From positions 11,327-75,326 of the forward strand of contig JADBKH010000002.1 in NCBI GenBank assembly GCA_014896485.1: a DNA stretch of 64,000 nt, written 5' to 3'. This stretch comes from Bacillota bacterium (GTDB taxonomy: Bacteria > Bacillota > Bacilli > Bu12). The notes under the pieces are model-generated. The model searched no databases, was not told the origin of the DNA, and saw nothing but the letters and a program-made list of their open reading frames with translations. Shown one piece after another: positions 18,358-27,758 of this stretch. Position numbers and translations under genes: made by a program. Numbering within the stretch: position 1 is the first letter of the stretch; each line of letters starts with the position of its first letter.

Positions 18358-19294
18358 GTTCGCGCATCCCCTCTTCTGCTGGACTGACCACCTCAGGGAC
18401 CTGTGGGCGTGAAACGACAGCGCGGGAAAGCCGTCGACCAGCTTGACGCAACCGAGAGACACCTGAAGAGAGCAGAATGGCAACGACCAAGATCACTCCC
18501 GTGACAAGCTTAAGATCTTGAGCCGGCAACCCAGAACGCAGCGCAAGCACCAACACGGTCTCGTAAAGTACCGACCCGATCAGAGTACCGAGCAGCCCTC
18601 CCAGCACGCCGCGGTGGAAGAAAAGCTCCCCCAACAGGATCGCTGAAGCACCAATGATAAGGCTTCCAACCCCCATATTGACGTCCGCATAGCCCTGCAC
18701 CTGTGCTTGAAGCGCTCCCCCACAAGCAGCTAGTGCTTCGCTGATCATCGCACCGATCAAAAGTGTCCATCGGGTATTCACGCCGAAGGAACGGCTCATG
18801 CGCGTGTTCTTGCCCGCGGCACGCATGGCCAAGCCAAAGCGGGTGTGCAGAAAGAAGAACAAGAGGCACCCCACAACGATTGAAAGACCAGCCAAGATCG
18901 CAATTTCGGCGATGTCGCTCCCTGTCAAGGAGCCAAAGATGGAGGGCGCTCCGAGTAGATTGACAGTCGAACCTCCTAGAATATGGAGATTGACGCTATA
19001 CAGGGAGGTCAATGTAATGAGTGTGGCCAACAATACCGGAATGCGAAGCCACAGATGCAGGCCAATCGCTATCGCCGATCCAGCAGCACCGCACAGCGCG
19101 GCAGCCAATAGGCCTACCCAGGGCGAACCCCCATGAAGGGTGATCAACGCCGCTACCCCGGCTCCGGTGGTAAAGAGGGCGTCGACAGCCAAGTCAAACT
19201 CACCCAATACGCGCAACATCAACCAGACACCAGTCGCCAAAAAGAAGACGGGCAAGGCGGATAGAAAGATGTTCGTCGTAATATCGATTGCCAA
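18350..19294 (-). CDS. ABC transporter permease (branched-chain/BMP-type fold, partner of an ABC_sub_bind protein)
   Basis: Polytopic hydrophobic protein, about 8-9 TM. TTG start follows GGGGGTG. Confidence 0.8.
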   Translation of the reverse strand: MAIDITTNIFLSALPVFFLATGVWLMLRVLGEFDLAVDALFTTGAGVAALITLHGGSPWVGLLAAALCGAAGSAIAIGLHLWLRIPVLLATLITLTSLYSVNLHILGGSTVNLLGAPSIFGSLTGSDIAEIAILAGLSIVVGCLLFFFLHTRFGLAMRAAGKNTRMSRSFGVNTRWTLLIGAMISEALAACGGALQAQVQGYADVNMGVGSLIIGASAILLGELFFHRGVLGGLLGTLIGSVLYETVLVLALRSGLPAQDLKLVTGVILVVAILLSSGVSRLRQAGRRLSRAVVSRPQVPEVVSPAEEGMREHG

Positions 19295-19352
19295 TCCGTA
19301 TCACCCCCTGACTACCAAAAGCGTATTTGTCTCTAGATTTTCCTCATTGTTA

Positions 19353-20432
19353 TTACTTTTTTTCGAACACCTTCACCTGCGACTGCAGCTGCGTCGGCAG
19401 TGTGATGCCGAGCCTTTGTTGAGTCGTTGGGTTGATCTCCATCGTGAAATGGTCCATTCCGCGCACTGGACGATCCCCTGGCTTTTGACCACCGAGGATA
19501 GCAGCAGCGTCCTCCCCGGACATCCGTCCGAGCGTGGAATAATCAACACCGAGGGTCATCAACTGACCGTCCACCTCTGGATCGCCGGTCGTCGAGAAGT
19601 ACGGGATCTTTCCGCGAAGTGCTACCGCGGCAATGGCCGGGTTGCCATCCACCACCTGAGCATCGGGACCAATGATGATACAATCCACGCGCCCTGAAAG
19701 GGATCGGGCGGCGTTTTGCACCTCGCCTGCGTTGGCAATGGAAGCATCGACAAATTGCAATCCCTTTTGTGCCACTGCTTTTTGCAAGTCGTCGTGGAAG
19801 ACCTGGCCATTTTGATTGGAAGGATCGTAGATGGTACCAATTCGCTTGGCGTTCGGAAGGATTTGCAAGACCACGTCGAGCGTCTTGGAGGGTGGAATCC
19901 AATCCGTCGTTCCGGTAGCGTTCTTCCCTGGATGTTCGAGGCTTTCTGCCACTCCAGAACCGACGGGATCGCCCATTGCTCCAAAAACTATGGGGATCGT
20001 CGATGACTCTTTGGCGACAGCAATCACAGCCGGTGTACCGACGGCGAAGATCAGATCCGGGTGACTTTCCACAATTTGTCGGGCGATGGTCGGAATCAGA
20101 TTGCTTTGCCCTTGCGCATCGTACGTCTTAAAGGTGACCTTGTCGGGGCCATAGCCTTGTTCCTCCAAGCCTTTTTTGAAATTGTCTGTAATCAGAGTAA
20201 GAAGGTCCAGATCTGACATTTGAAAGATCGCAACCTGTTTGGAATTTCCATTTCCAGTAGAGGCCGTGGCTGCTTGAGTCGGTGAAGAAGCTGGAGAAGT
20301 ATTCTTCACATTCCCATTTCCAGCAGACGAACTACCACATGCGGTCAACAGAGAAACCATCAACAGAGTGAGTAACGAAAATCCAGCCGGTTTCAAGCGA
20401 ACACCCTGTCGTCTTTTCGACTTTGGTCGCAT
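19353..20432 (-). CDS. ABC transporter substrate-binding lipoprotein (ABC_sub_bind / TrpX-like family)
   Basis: Lipobox LLTACGSS with an S/T/N-rich linker. Periplasmic-binding fold blocks: IFAVGTPAVIA, VFGAMGDP, ATGTTD. First gene of the 20432..14489 operon. Confidence 0.75.
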   Translation of the reverse strand: MRPKSKRRQGVRLKPAGFSLLTLLMVSLLTACGSSSAGNGNVKNTSPASSPTQAATASTGNGNSKQVAIFQMSDLDLLTLITDNFKKGLEEQGYGPDKVTFKTYDAQGQSNLIPTIARQIVESHPDLIFAVGTPAVIAVAKESSTIPIVFGAMGDPVGSGVAESLEHPGKNATGTTDWIPPSKTLDVVLQILPNAKRIGTIYDPSNQNGQVFHDDLQKAVAQKGLQFVDASIANAGEVQNAARSLSGRVDCIIIGPDAQVVDGNPAIAAVALRGKIPYFSTTGDPEVDGQLMTLGVDYSTLGRMSGEDAAAILGGQKPGDRPVRGMDHFTMEINPTTQQRLGITLPTQLQSQVKVFEKK

Positions 20433-20471
20433 CCATTACCCCCGTCTATGTCATTATAGATAACACATAGC

Positions 20472-20500
20472 AGTGTAACGATGTGGGTACATTGTGTCAA
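20472..20500 (-). promoter_or_regulatory. Putative sigma-A promoter of the ABC-ilvE-GNAT-M20 operon
   Basis: Minus strand: TTGACA, 17 nt, TACACT. It lies about 40 nt upstream of the SBP RBS. Confidence 0.55.
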
Positions 20501-20619
20501 TATTTCTTACTGTATTTCGCGCGAAGAGACTGTTATCTTGTAACTAGTGTCATTTTATATTACATTTCAGTGCGCGGAATCGCTCATAAAAACCAGAGGA
20601 AGAAGAAAGAGGGACATCA

Positions 20620-21449
20620 ATGCGCATTGATGCGGTAGAGCTCTATCGTTTACGGATGGATCTCGTTTCGCCCTTTCAAACGAGTTTCGTCATTCAGACT
20701 TTTCGGGATCCCATTATCGTGTGTGTAGAATCGGAGGGCATGCGCGGTTATGGTGAAGTCTCTACACTGCCTTGGCCGCTGTACAACGAAGAGGCGACTC
20801 CGACAGCCTGGCTGGTCCTGACCAACTACCTGATTCCAGATTTATTGGGAAAGGACTTTGAAACGCCGATCGAAGTCGCTGAGAAATTGCGACATTGGCG
20901 GGGCCAGGCGATGGCCAAAGCTGCGCTGGAAAATGCCTTCTTTCAGAACTGGATGCCTATGATCTGATGATGATTGAGCAGCCCCTGGACGAAGATGACC
21001 TGGTGGACCATGCCAAGCTGCAACGGACTCTGCACACGCCAATCTGCTTAGACGAAAGCATCCGGCATGTTGAGGACGCACGTAAAGCGGTGGAACTGGG
21101 TTCTTGTCGCATCATCAATGTGAAGGTAGCGCGGGTTGGTGGATTGACGCAGGTTCGCAAGATCGAGGCTTTTTGTCGTACACATCATGTTCCGTTGTGG
21201 TGTGGCGGAATGCTGGAAACCGGTATCGGCCGCGCCATCAACTTGGCGCTGACCACACTACCCGGCTTTACTCTGCCCGAAGACACCTCAGCCAGCAGTC
21301 GTTACTTTCACCAGGACATCGTTGATCCACCGGCCGTTCTGCATAACGATGGCACCATCGATGTGCCCCAAGGGCCAGGGATTGGTGTCAACGTCTTGAT
21401 CGACCGTATTCAAACCTTGGCTACCGACCACCAGCGCTTCGAAGCGTAA
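20620..21449 (+). pseudogene. N-succinylamino-acid racemase / o-succinylbenzoate synthase (enolase superfamily) with an internal deletion and frame change
   Basis: The N-terminal capping domain (MRIDAVELYRLRMDLVSPFQTSF...AMAKAALENAFF) joins directly to LDAYDLMMIEQPLDEDD...ICLDES...GGMLETGIGRA in another frame at about 20940. Roughly 95 aa are missing, including the KxK catalytic motif and the first metal-ligand Asp. The total of 276 codons compares with about 370 expected. Confidence 0.8.
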
Positions 21450-21468
21450 CCTGTGGAAGTGTGAGGAC

Positions 21469-23125
21469 TCAAGGCGAGCCAACTCGTGGTACAAGATGGC
21501 CATGCCACAGCTTCCAAACAGGGGCACCAAAGCGTTCGATGAAACGGCGATCGTGGGAGACGGCCACCACCCCTGGAAAGTTCGCCAATGCGCGTTCAAA
21601 CGCCTCCAATACTGGAAAACTGACGTAATTGGTCGGCTCATCCAAAAGCAAGAGGTTGGCACCTGTGGCCATGAGTTTGGCAATCATGAGCTTCCGCTGT
21701 TGCCCTGGGCTGAGGGCACAAACAGGAAGCCGAAATTCCGAAAACGTAAACAGCTGATACGACAGCAACAGCTCCTCACAGGCTTTCCGTGAACCGGACA
21801 AGTCGGACCGGAAAAAGTCGAAGAGCGTCTCCTGTGGATCAGCGCATACAAAGCACTGCTGCAGATAGCCGACCACGGTATGGGCGGGGCGAAAAAGGGC
21901 GCCCTCTGTCGAAGCGCGTCTCGCTGCAAGGAGGTCCAACAAGGCGGTTTTCCCCGATCCATTTGGCCCTACGAGCAGCATGCGCTCCCCCTGTCTCAGC
22001 GTGAATCGGACGTCGCTGAACAAGGGGCGTTTTTGTCCGTCCGGTCCTTCTATCCCATAGGCCAGATCTGTGACCGCGATCGCTACGGTGTGATGCGGCT
22101 TAGCAGGAGCAAAAGCGGGGGTAAAGGTCATCGGTTGCGGAGGGCGGGGCACAGGATGGGCCAAAATGCGATTGAGCTCGACTTGGGCCACTTTGACCTT
22201 ATGGCCGATGGTAGCCTCGACTTTCGCCCCATGGTGTTTGTAGGCCAACTTGTCGATTCGCTTCTGCCACTCGCTGGCGCAACAGGTGAATCTGTTCCTG
22301 CTGTTCTTCAAATTTCTTCCCCCAGGATCTTCGCCGCAACCGCTTTTCTTCGAGATAAGCGTCATAATTGCCCAAAAAGCTTCGAATGTGGTGATCAGAC
22401 TCGTCTATTTCAAGAATCCGTGTGACCGTACGATTTAAAAAGAGGCGATCATGCGAAGCTACCAGGATTGTTTTAGGAGTTGCAGCGAGATAGTGCTCCA
22501 ACCACTCCAATACCGCAAGATCCAAATGGTTGGTCGGTTCGTCTAAGAGCAGGAGATCAGGAGACTGGAGGAGCACTGCGGCAAGCCCGAGCCGCACTTG
22601 TTCGCCACCAGAGAGGGTGGCCATCGGCCGATCCTGCGGAATGTCGGAAAGACCCAACCCCTGCAGGACAGCTTCGGTGCGCGCAGTACGTTCGTATCCA
22701 CCACGCTGCTCGAATCTCGTAGCCAGCTCCCCATAACGGACCATCGCCTGCTCCAACTGCTGGGCAGCATCCGGGGAATTGCGCGACGTTGAGGACCATT
22801 TGGCCATCGTTGCTGCCAAATCCCCCATCTGACGCTCCATCTCCAGCAACTCTCTTTGCGCAGAGGCCAACCAACCGTCGACTGTCTGCATTTCGACGGG
22901 CTGAAAGTCTTGAGGAAGATAGGCTACACGCACATGCGGCGTGACGTAGAGGGCACCGTTGGGATCGGCAGGACTTAAAGCAGCGTTGGCCAACATTTTC
23001 ATCAAGGCCGATTTACCGCTTCCATTGGCACCGACCAAACCCACCCGGTTGGTTTCGACCAGTACGAAATGAACCGTCTTAGAATGGCGCAAATAGACCC
23101 ATGGCGGTGGCGATGGTAAGGACAC
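21469..23125 (-). pseudogene. ABC-F family ATPase (two ABC domains) interrupted by a 1-nt frameshift in the inter-domain linker
   Basis: Domain 1 has GANGSGKS, LSGGEQVR and LLLLDEPTNHLD. Domain 2 has GPNGSGKT, LSPGQQRK and LLLLDEPTNY. The frames switch at about 22262-22275 (...LLRQRVA / SEWQKRIDKL...). Confidence 0.7.
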
Positions 23126-23158
23126 GGCCCCTATGCTGGGATATCCGTGACGATCACC

Positions 23159-23629
23159 CTATCGCGGCGAGAGTGCGACGGCTTCGACAGGAAGGCTACT
23201 GGCGACTTCAATGAGGGTGTACGGATAGGTGATGACCTGCGTCGTCAGTGTATCTGGTGCAGGTTTGTGTTCGCGGTAGGTGACACGGATGCGATCCTGT
23301 AGGGCGACGACATCGACCACTTCGACGCTATAGCCGCCGGTACGGCGTTGACCGAGGGCAATCAGCACCCACTGTCGGCCGTCCTCTGTGGGTCGGGTAG
23401 AGACCCCAGTGTGGCGAGAGGCCTGTCCAACCCAAGCCTGTAACGTCTCTGGAACGGTAGGAACCACCTGCCAAGCAACATCTCGGCCTGATACTGCTTC
23501 CCCATCCGAAGGACCAGCCTGGGAAGTAGATGGCGATGTCGCCTGCTGTACAGGTGACTCTCCTGCACAACCTGCCAAAAGCAGACCAAACAGCACCAAT
23601 AGCATCCCTCTTTCCCTTATCCATCGCAT
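23159..23629 (-). CDS. PrcB-domain lipoprotein (protease complex subunit PrcB family)
   Basis: Signal peptide LLLAGC. Motif GQRRTGGYSVEVV, typical of the PrcB_C domain. ATG at 23629; the track start at 23860 is over-extended. Confidence 0.65.
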   Translation of the reverse strand: MRWIRERGMLLVLFGLLLAGCAGESPVQQATSPSTSQAGPSDGEAVSGRDVAWQVVPTVPETLQAWVGQASRHTGVSTRPTEDGRQWVLIALGQRRTGGYSVEVVDVVALQDRIRVTYREHKPAPDTLTTQVITYPYTLIEVASSLPVEAVALSPR

Positions 23630-23787
23630 CGGACGGTTCACCCCTACAGCTCCGATCGAATTGAACCTCGCGCTTGTCCCAAACAACCAAAGCGCGTTGG
23701 TGTACCGCTTCTCTTGCACTCCCCTCAGGGTAACGCGTACTGTAGGGTTTGTACACGAAAGGATAAAGTGAAAAGGAGGAGGATGCC

Positions 23788-24585
23788 GTGGATTTGCAGC
23801 TGAAGGGTAAGAAAGCCCTGGTTTTGGGGGGCAGCCATGGTTTCGGTCGTGCTGTCGCACTACGCCTGGGCCAAGAAGGCGCCCAATGCGCCATTGTCAG
23901 CCGCCATGAAGAGTCTATTCGCCAAGCTGCACAACAACTCCAGGAGCAGACAGGAGCAACCTATTTTCCCCTGGTAGGCGATACCACCGATGCTGCGTCC
24001 ATCCGCCAGGTTGTCGATCAAGCAGCCCAACAGCTCGGCGGGTTGGAAATTCTCGTCAACAGTGCTGCCCGGCCGAGCGGCGATCTACCCGAAGATTTCG
24101 AGCATGTCGATGAAGCACTCATCCTCCACGATTTTGAAGAAAAATTCCTGGGTACCCTGCGCGCGGCCCGAGCTGCAGCGCGGTACATGCAGCAAGCCGG
24201 ATGGGGGCGAATCGTCACTGTCGGGGGATTGACCGCTCGAACGGCAGGCAGCGTCAGTGCAGGGGCACGCAATGCGGCCCTGGTTCACCTCACCCGCACC
24301 ATGGCAAGTGCCTTGGGCCGTTACAACATCACCGCCAACGTCGTCCACCCCTCTACCTCGGTCACCGAGACGCTGCGCGAGCGACTCGCCCGGGGTGCGG
24401 CAGCCACAGGCGAATCGGTCGATGCACTCATCGAAACCGCCGCCAGGCAGAATGCGCTGGGTCGGCTCATCACTGCAGACGAGATTGCCGACGTCATCCT
24501 CTTTCTCTGTTCTCCCCGCTCCGTCGCCATCACGGGGGAGTCGATCTCCGTCGGCGGTGGAACAGGCACAGGCGTCTACTACTGA
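23788..24585 (+). CDS. SDR-family oxidoreductase (FabG-like)
   Basis: GGSHGFGRA Rossmann motif, NSAA, and a YxxxK-like region. GTG start follows AAAGGAGGAGG. Confidence 0.85.
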   Translation: MDLQLKGKKALVLGGSHGFGRAVALRLGQEGAQCAIVSRHEESIRQAAQQLQEQTGATYFPLVGDTTDAASIRQVVDQAAQQLGGLEILVNSAARPSGDLPEDFEHVDEALILHDFEEKFLGTLRAARAAARYMQQAGWGRIVTVGGLTARTAGSVSAGARNAALVHLTRTMASALGRYNITANVVHPSTSVTETLRERLARGAAATGESVDALIETAARQNALGRLITADEIADVILFLCSPRSVAITGESISVGGGTGTGVYY

Positions 24586-24600
24586 TTCTGGCCTTCCCAT

Positions 24601-25107
24601 TCAGACAATGCGCCAAACAAAAAGCCCGATCATCACGATGGCCAGCAGTACCTTGCTGGCCATGCCCATGATCAGCCCTACCACGGCCCACAACCCTGCT
24701 TGCGCCGCCTCATCCAAGCGCGCACGTACCACCAACGCAGCGATGAAAGTGCCCAACGCCGTTCCGACAAAGAGTCCCCAAGGTGGAAAAACGAGCGCAC
24801 CGGCCAACCCGCCCACCGCAGCTCCCAACGACGACCAACGGGAGATCCGGCGGCGCAACACAGGATCGGTGACCGTGCTATGGCGTGCTCCGAGTGCACC
24901 GGCGAGAAAATCGATAGACATGGCCAACACGGCTACCCCTAACTCGACATAGAGTGGCCAGCCTCCTACCTGTTGCCATCCAGCCAGGATGCCGTAAAGC
25001 AAGTAGCCTCCCAGCACTAAGGGAATGTCTGGAAGTACACGCAAGAAGATACCCAGAAAACCGGTAAGCATCAGCAAAGAGGAGAGAACCGTCGCAGCAA
25101 TCGTCAT
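24601..25107 (-). CDS. DUF456 family membrane protein
   Basis: Four hydrophobic segments with Gly-rich repeats (GAxxGALxG), typical of DUF456. Confidence 0.6.
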   Translation of the reverse strand: MTIAATVLSSLLMLTGFLGIFLRVLPDIPLVLGGYLLYGILAGWQQVGGWPLYVELGVAVLAMSIDFLAGALGARHSTVTDPVLRRRISRWSSLGAAVGGLAGALVFPPWGLFVGTALGTFIAALVVRARLDEAAQAGLWAVVGLIMGMASKVLLAIVMIGLFVWRIV

Positions 25108-25166
25108 ACCAGCACTTTGCCGAAAGACAAGCGATCATGCAAGTATCGTTTTCTATTCGCACTCCT

Positions 25167-26642
25167 TTACGGGAGCATGGCCGGTCCGCCCACCCGATCC
25201 ATTCGGAAGAGATGCCGCAACCGTTCAATCTGTTGCCGGTCGGTCAAGATGAGCAGGTGATCGCCGGCATGCAACTGCGTCGCTCCTCGTGGCACCACAA
25301 CCCCATCTTCCCGGATGATGGCGTAGCAGAGCGTATTGGGCGGAAAAGGAAGGTCGACCATCTCTTTCTCGGCCCAAGGGGACCCTTCGGTCAGCTCAAC
25401 CGGCAAGACGATGGCACTCTCTCGTGTCAACCGCACCAATTCGAGCAGTTCTTCTGTAGGCTGCGGTTCAATCAACCCAAGACGATGGGCCAGAGGCGCA
25501 ACGGTCAATCCCTGCAGCAGCGTGGAGAGCAGGACCACGAAAAAAACGGCATCGAAAACGCGATCGGCATGGGGTACACCGGCAGTCGAAGACATCAGCG
25601 CCAAGATGATCGGCACGGCACCACGCAGACCCGCCCAAGAGAGAAAGAGGCGTTCCGACAGTACAAAGCGCTGCCCAACTGTGGAAAAAAAGACAGCAGC
25701 AGGACGTGCCAAAAAAACGGCGGCCAGTGCCAGCAGGAGCCCAGGAAGTGCAATCTGCAGCAGCTGCTGAGGACGCGCAAACAGGCCGAGTACCACAAAG
25801 ACGAGAATCTGCATCGTCCAGGCCAAACCCTCATGAAAGCGCAGGATCGAGTGACGGTGTTCCATCCGCCGATTGCCCATGGTCACTGCCGTGACATAGA
25901 CGGCCAAAAGCCCACTGCCATGCACCAGCTGCGCCACGGCATAGCTGAGCAGGGCACAGGAGAGGGCCAGGACCGGGTAAAGACCACCTGTATTTAAGCG
26001 AATGTGCTGGTTTAAAAACGAAGCGCCGTAACCCAGCCCCACGCCCACAGCGGCACCGACCACCATCTGTAACAGGAAACGGCCGATCGCGGCGCCGATC
26101 TGTCCGGCACCGATCGTGGTCCCGGTGGTGATCCAGCTGATCAGCGTCAGTGTAAGAAAGACCGCCATCGGATCGTTGGTACCGGATTCGACTTCCAGAA
26201 CATCGACCAAACGCCGGCGCAAGGCGGTACCCCCCAAGAGCGCAAAGACCGCGGCAGCATCGGTGGAACTGACCGCCACGCCGACCAAAGCCGCTTCCAA
26301 CGGGGCCATATCGAGCAGGTACCAGGTCAGCAAACCGAGGATCGCGGCACTCACCAAGACGCCAACCGTCGCCAATAAAAGCGAGGAAACTGCTACTTGA
26401 TGCAGACGGTGCAACGGGGTGTGCAGCCCACCCTCAAAGAGAATGATGATCAGGGCACCAACCCCGACGGCTTCTGCGACAGGTTCTGAAATGCCTGGCA
26501 GCAAGTGCAACATCTGCGGACCGAGTAACCACCCAGCCACGACGAAACCAACCAAGGAGGGAAAACCGATGGTGCCGGAAGCACGTTCAATGAGTACTCC
26601 GAGCAGGAGCACCACCGCCAGCACCAACAGAAACATCTCCAT
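25167..26642 (-). CDS. nhaP2: K+/H+ (cation:proton) antiporter, CPA1 NhaP2/CvrA type, with a C-terminal TrkA-C domain
   Basis: Na_H_Exchanger core (ESGTNDPMAVFLT) plus a C-terminal RCK_C block (GDHLLILTDRQQIERL). Confidence 0.85.
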   Translation of the reverse strand: MEMFLLVLAVVLLLGVLIERASGTIGFPSLVGFVVAGWLLGPQMLHLLPGISEPVAEAVGVGALIIILFEGGLHTPLHRLHQVAVSSLLLATVGVLVSAAILGLLTWYLLDMAPLEAALVGVAVSSTDAAAVFALLGGTALRRRLVDVLEVESGTNDPMAVFLTLTLISWITTGTTIGAGQIGAAIGRFLLQMVVGAAVGVGLGYGASFLNQHIRLNTGGLYPVLALSCALLSYAVAQLVHGSGLLAVYVTAVTMGNRRMEHRHSILRFHEGLAWTMQILVFVVLGLFARPQQLLQIALPGLLLALAAVFLARPAAVFFSTVGQRFVLSERLFLSWAGLRGAVPIILALMSSTAGVPHADRVFDAVFFVVLLSTLLQGLTVAPLAHRLGLIEPQPTEELLELVRLTRESAIVLPVELTEGSPWAEKEMVDLPFPPNTLCYAIIREDGVVVPRGATQLHAGDHLLILTDRQQIERLRHLFRMDRVGGPAMLP

Positions 26643-26745
26643 GGTTCGGCCTCCTCATGCTGTGATAAAGAAAGCGATCGATATCCCCCTGACGGCTAGG
26701 GGAAACAGAAAGAAGAGGACGACAGATCTCCCTCGTTTAGAACGC

Positions 26746-27714
26746 TCAGATTTTGCGGAACTGCACGTTGGTTACCGCATGCGCTGGCCCTTTTTGAAGG
26801 ATCAGCGTGGCCCGGAATCGCGTTGGTGCGATGTTTTCCGTCAGATTCGGTTCGTTGATGTTCTTCCAGATTTGCCGGGCCACTTCCACCGCTTCCTCGC
26901 GGGAAAGTGTTGCGTAACGATGAAAATAAGAGGCCGTATCCTGAAACGCCGTCTCACGCAACACCAGGAAGCGCTCGACATACCATCGCTCGATTGCCCG
27001 GATATCGGCATCGACATAGATGGAAAAATCGAAGAAATCGGAGACAAACAGCTGGGGGGTGTTCCGACCTTTCGATCGGGAACTCGTCTGAAGCACGTTG
27101 AGTCCTTCCACAATGACGATGTCCGGTTGCCGGATAACCTGAAATTCTCCAGGAACAATGTCATACGTCAAATGAGAGTAGACCGGTACCAGGACCTCGG
27201 GATTGCCCGATTTCAACTCCTCCATAAAGGCGAGCAGGTGACGCAGATCATAGCTTTCCGGGAATCCCTTGCGGGCCATCAATCCTCTTTTCTCCAATAC
27301 CTGGTTGGGGTAGAGAAACCCATCGGTGGTGACGATGTCGACTTTGGGATGGTTCGGCCAACGAGAGAGCAGGGCCTGCAAGATGCGCGCCGTCGTCGAT
27401 TTCCCTACAGCTACACTTCCCGCCATGCCGATAATGTAGGGCACTTTCTCCGGCTTTCTTCCTAAAAAGGTATTCCGTGCTTCATACAGATCCTGAACGG
27501 CCTTGACATGCAGGTTGAGCAGTCGGGAAAGGGGGAGATAAACTTCTTCGACCTCACGAAGGTCGATTTGTTCATTGATCCCGCGCAGCTTGGCCAGCTC
27601 TTCAGCAGAGAGCGTCAACGGCGTGGCGTCCCGCAATCGGCTCCATTCGGCACGTTCAAAATTGACGTAAGGTGAAAAAATGGGTTGTGCAGCATGCTCG
27701 GCGCGACTCACCAA
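26746..27714 (-). CDS. coaA: Type I pantothenate kinase
   Basis: Near-collinear with enterobacterial CoaA: [50 protein letters not shown] at 27714 follows GGGGGAG; the track start at 27744 is possible. Confidence 0.92.
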   Translation of the reverse strand: MVSRAEHAAQPIFSPYVNFERAEWSRLRDATPLTLSAEELAKLRGINEQIDLREVEEVYLPLSRLLNLHVKAVQDLYEARNTFLGRKPEKVPYIIGMAGSVAVGKSTTARILQALLSRWPNHPKVDIVTTDGFLYPNQVLEKRGLMARKGFPESYDLRHLLAFMEELKSGNPEVLVPVYSHLTYDIVPGEFQVIRQPDIVIVEGLNVLQTSSRSKGRNTPQLFVSDFFDFSIYVDADIRAIERWYVERFLVLRETAFQDTASYFHRYATLSREEAVEVARQIWKNINEPNLTENIAPTRFRATLILQKGPAHAVTNVQFRKI

Positions 27715-27758
27715 CCGTTTCTCCCCCTCTCTGTCGTTCGACAATTGATCGAACGCAT

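Noticed and set aside
20433-20500. T-box or other amino-acid-responsive leader upstream of the ABC-ilvE operon
   Set aside because: The predicted leader is only about 40 nt. It has no specifier/T-box sequence and no terminator/antiterminator pair.
23661-23690. Hairpin CGCGCTT-N13-AAGCGCG in the PrcB/SDR divergent region as a terminator
   Set aside because: No T-run follows on either strand, and no gene ends there.
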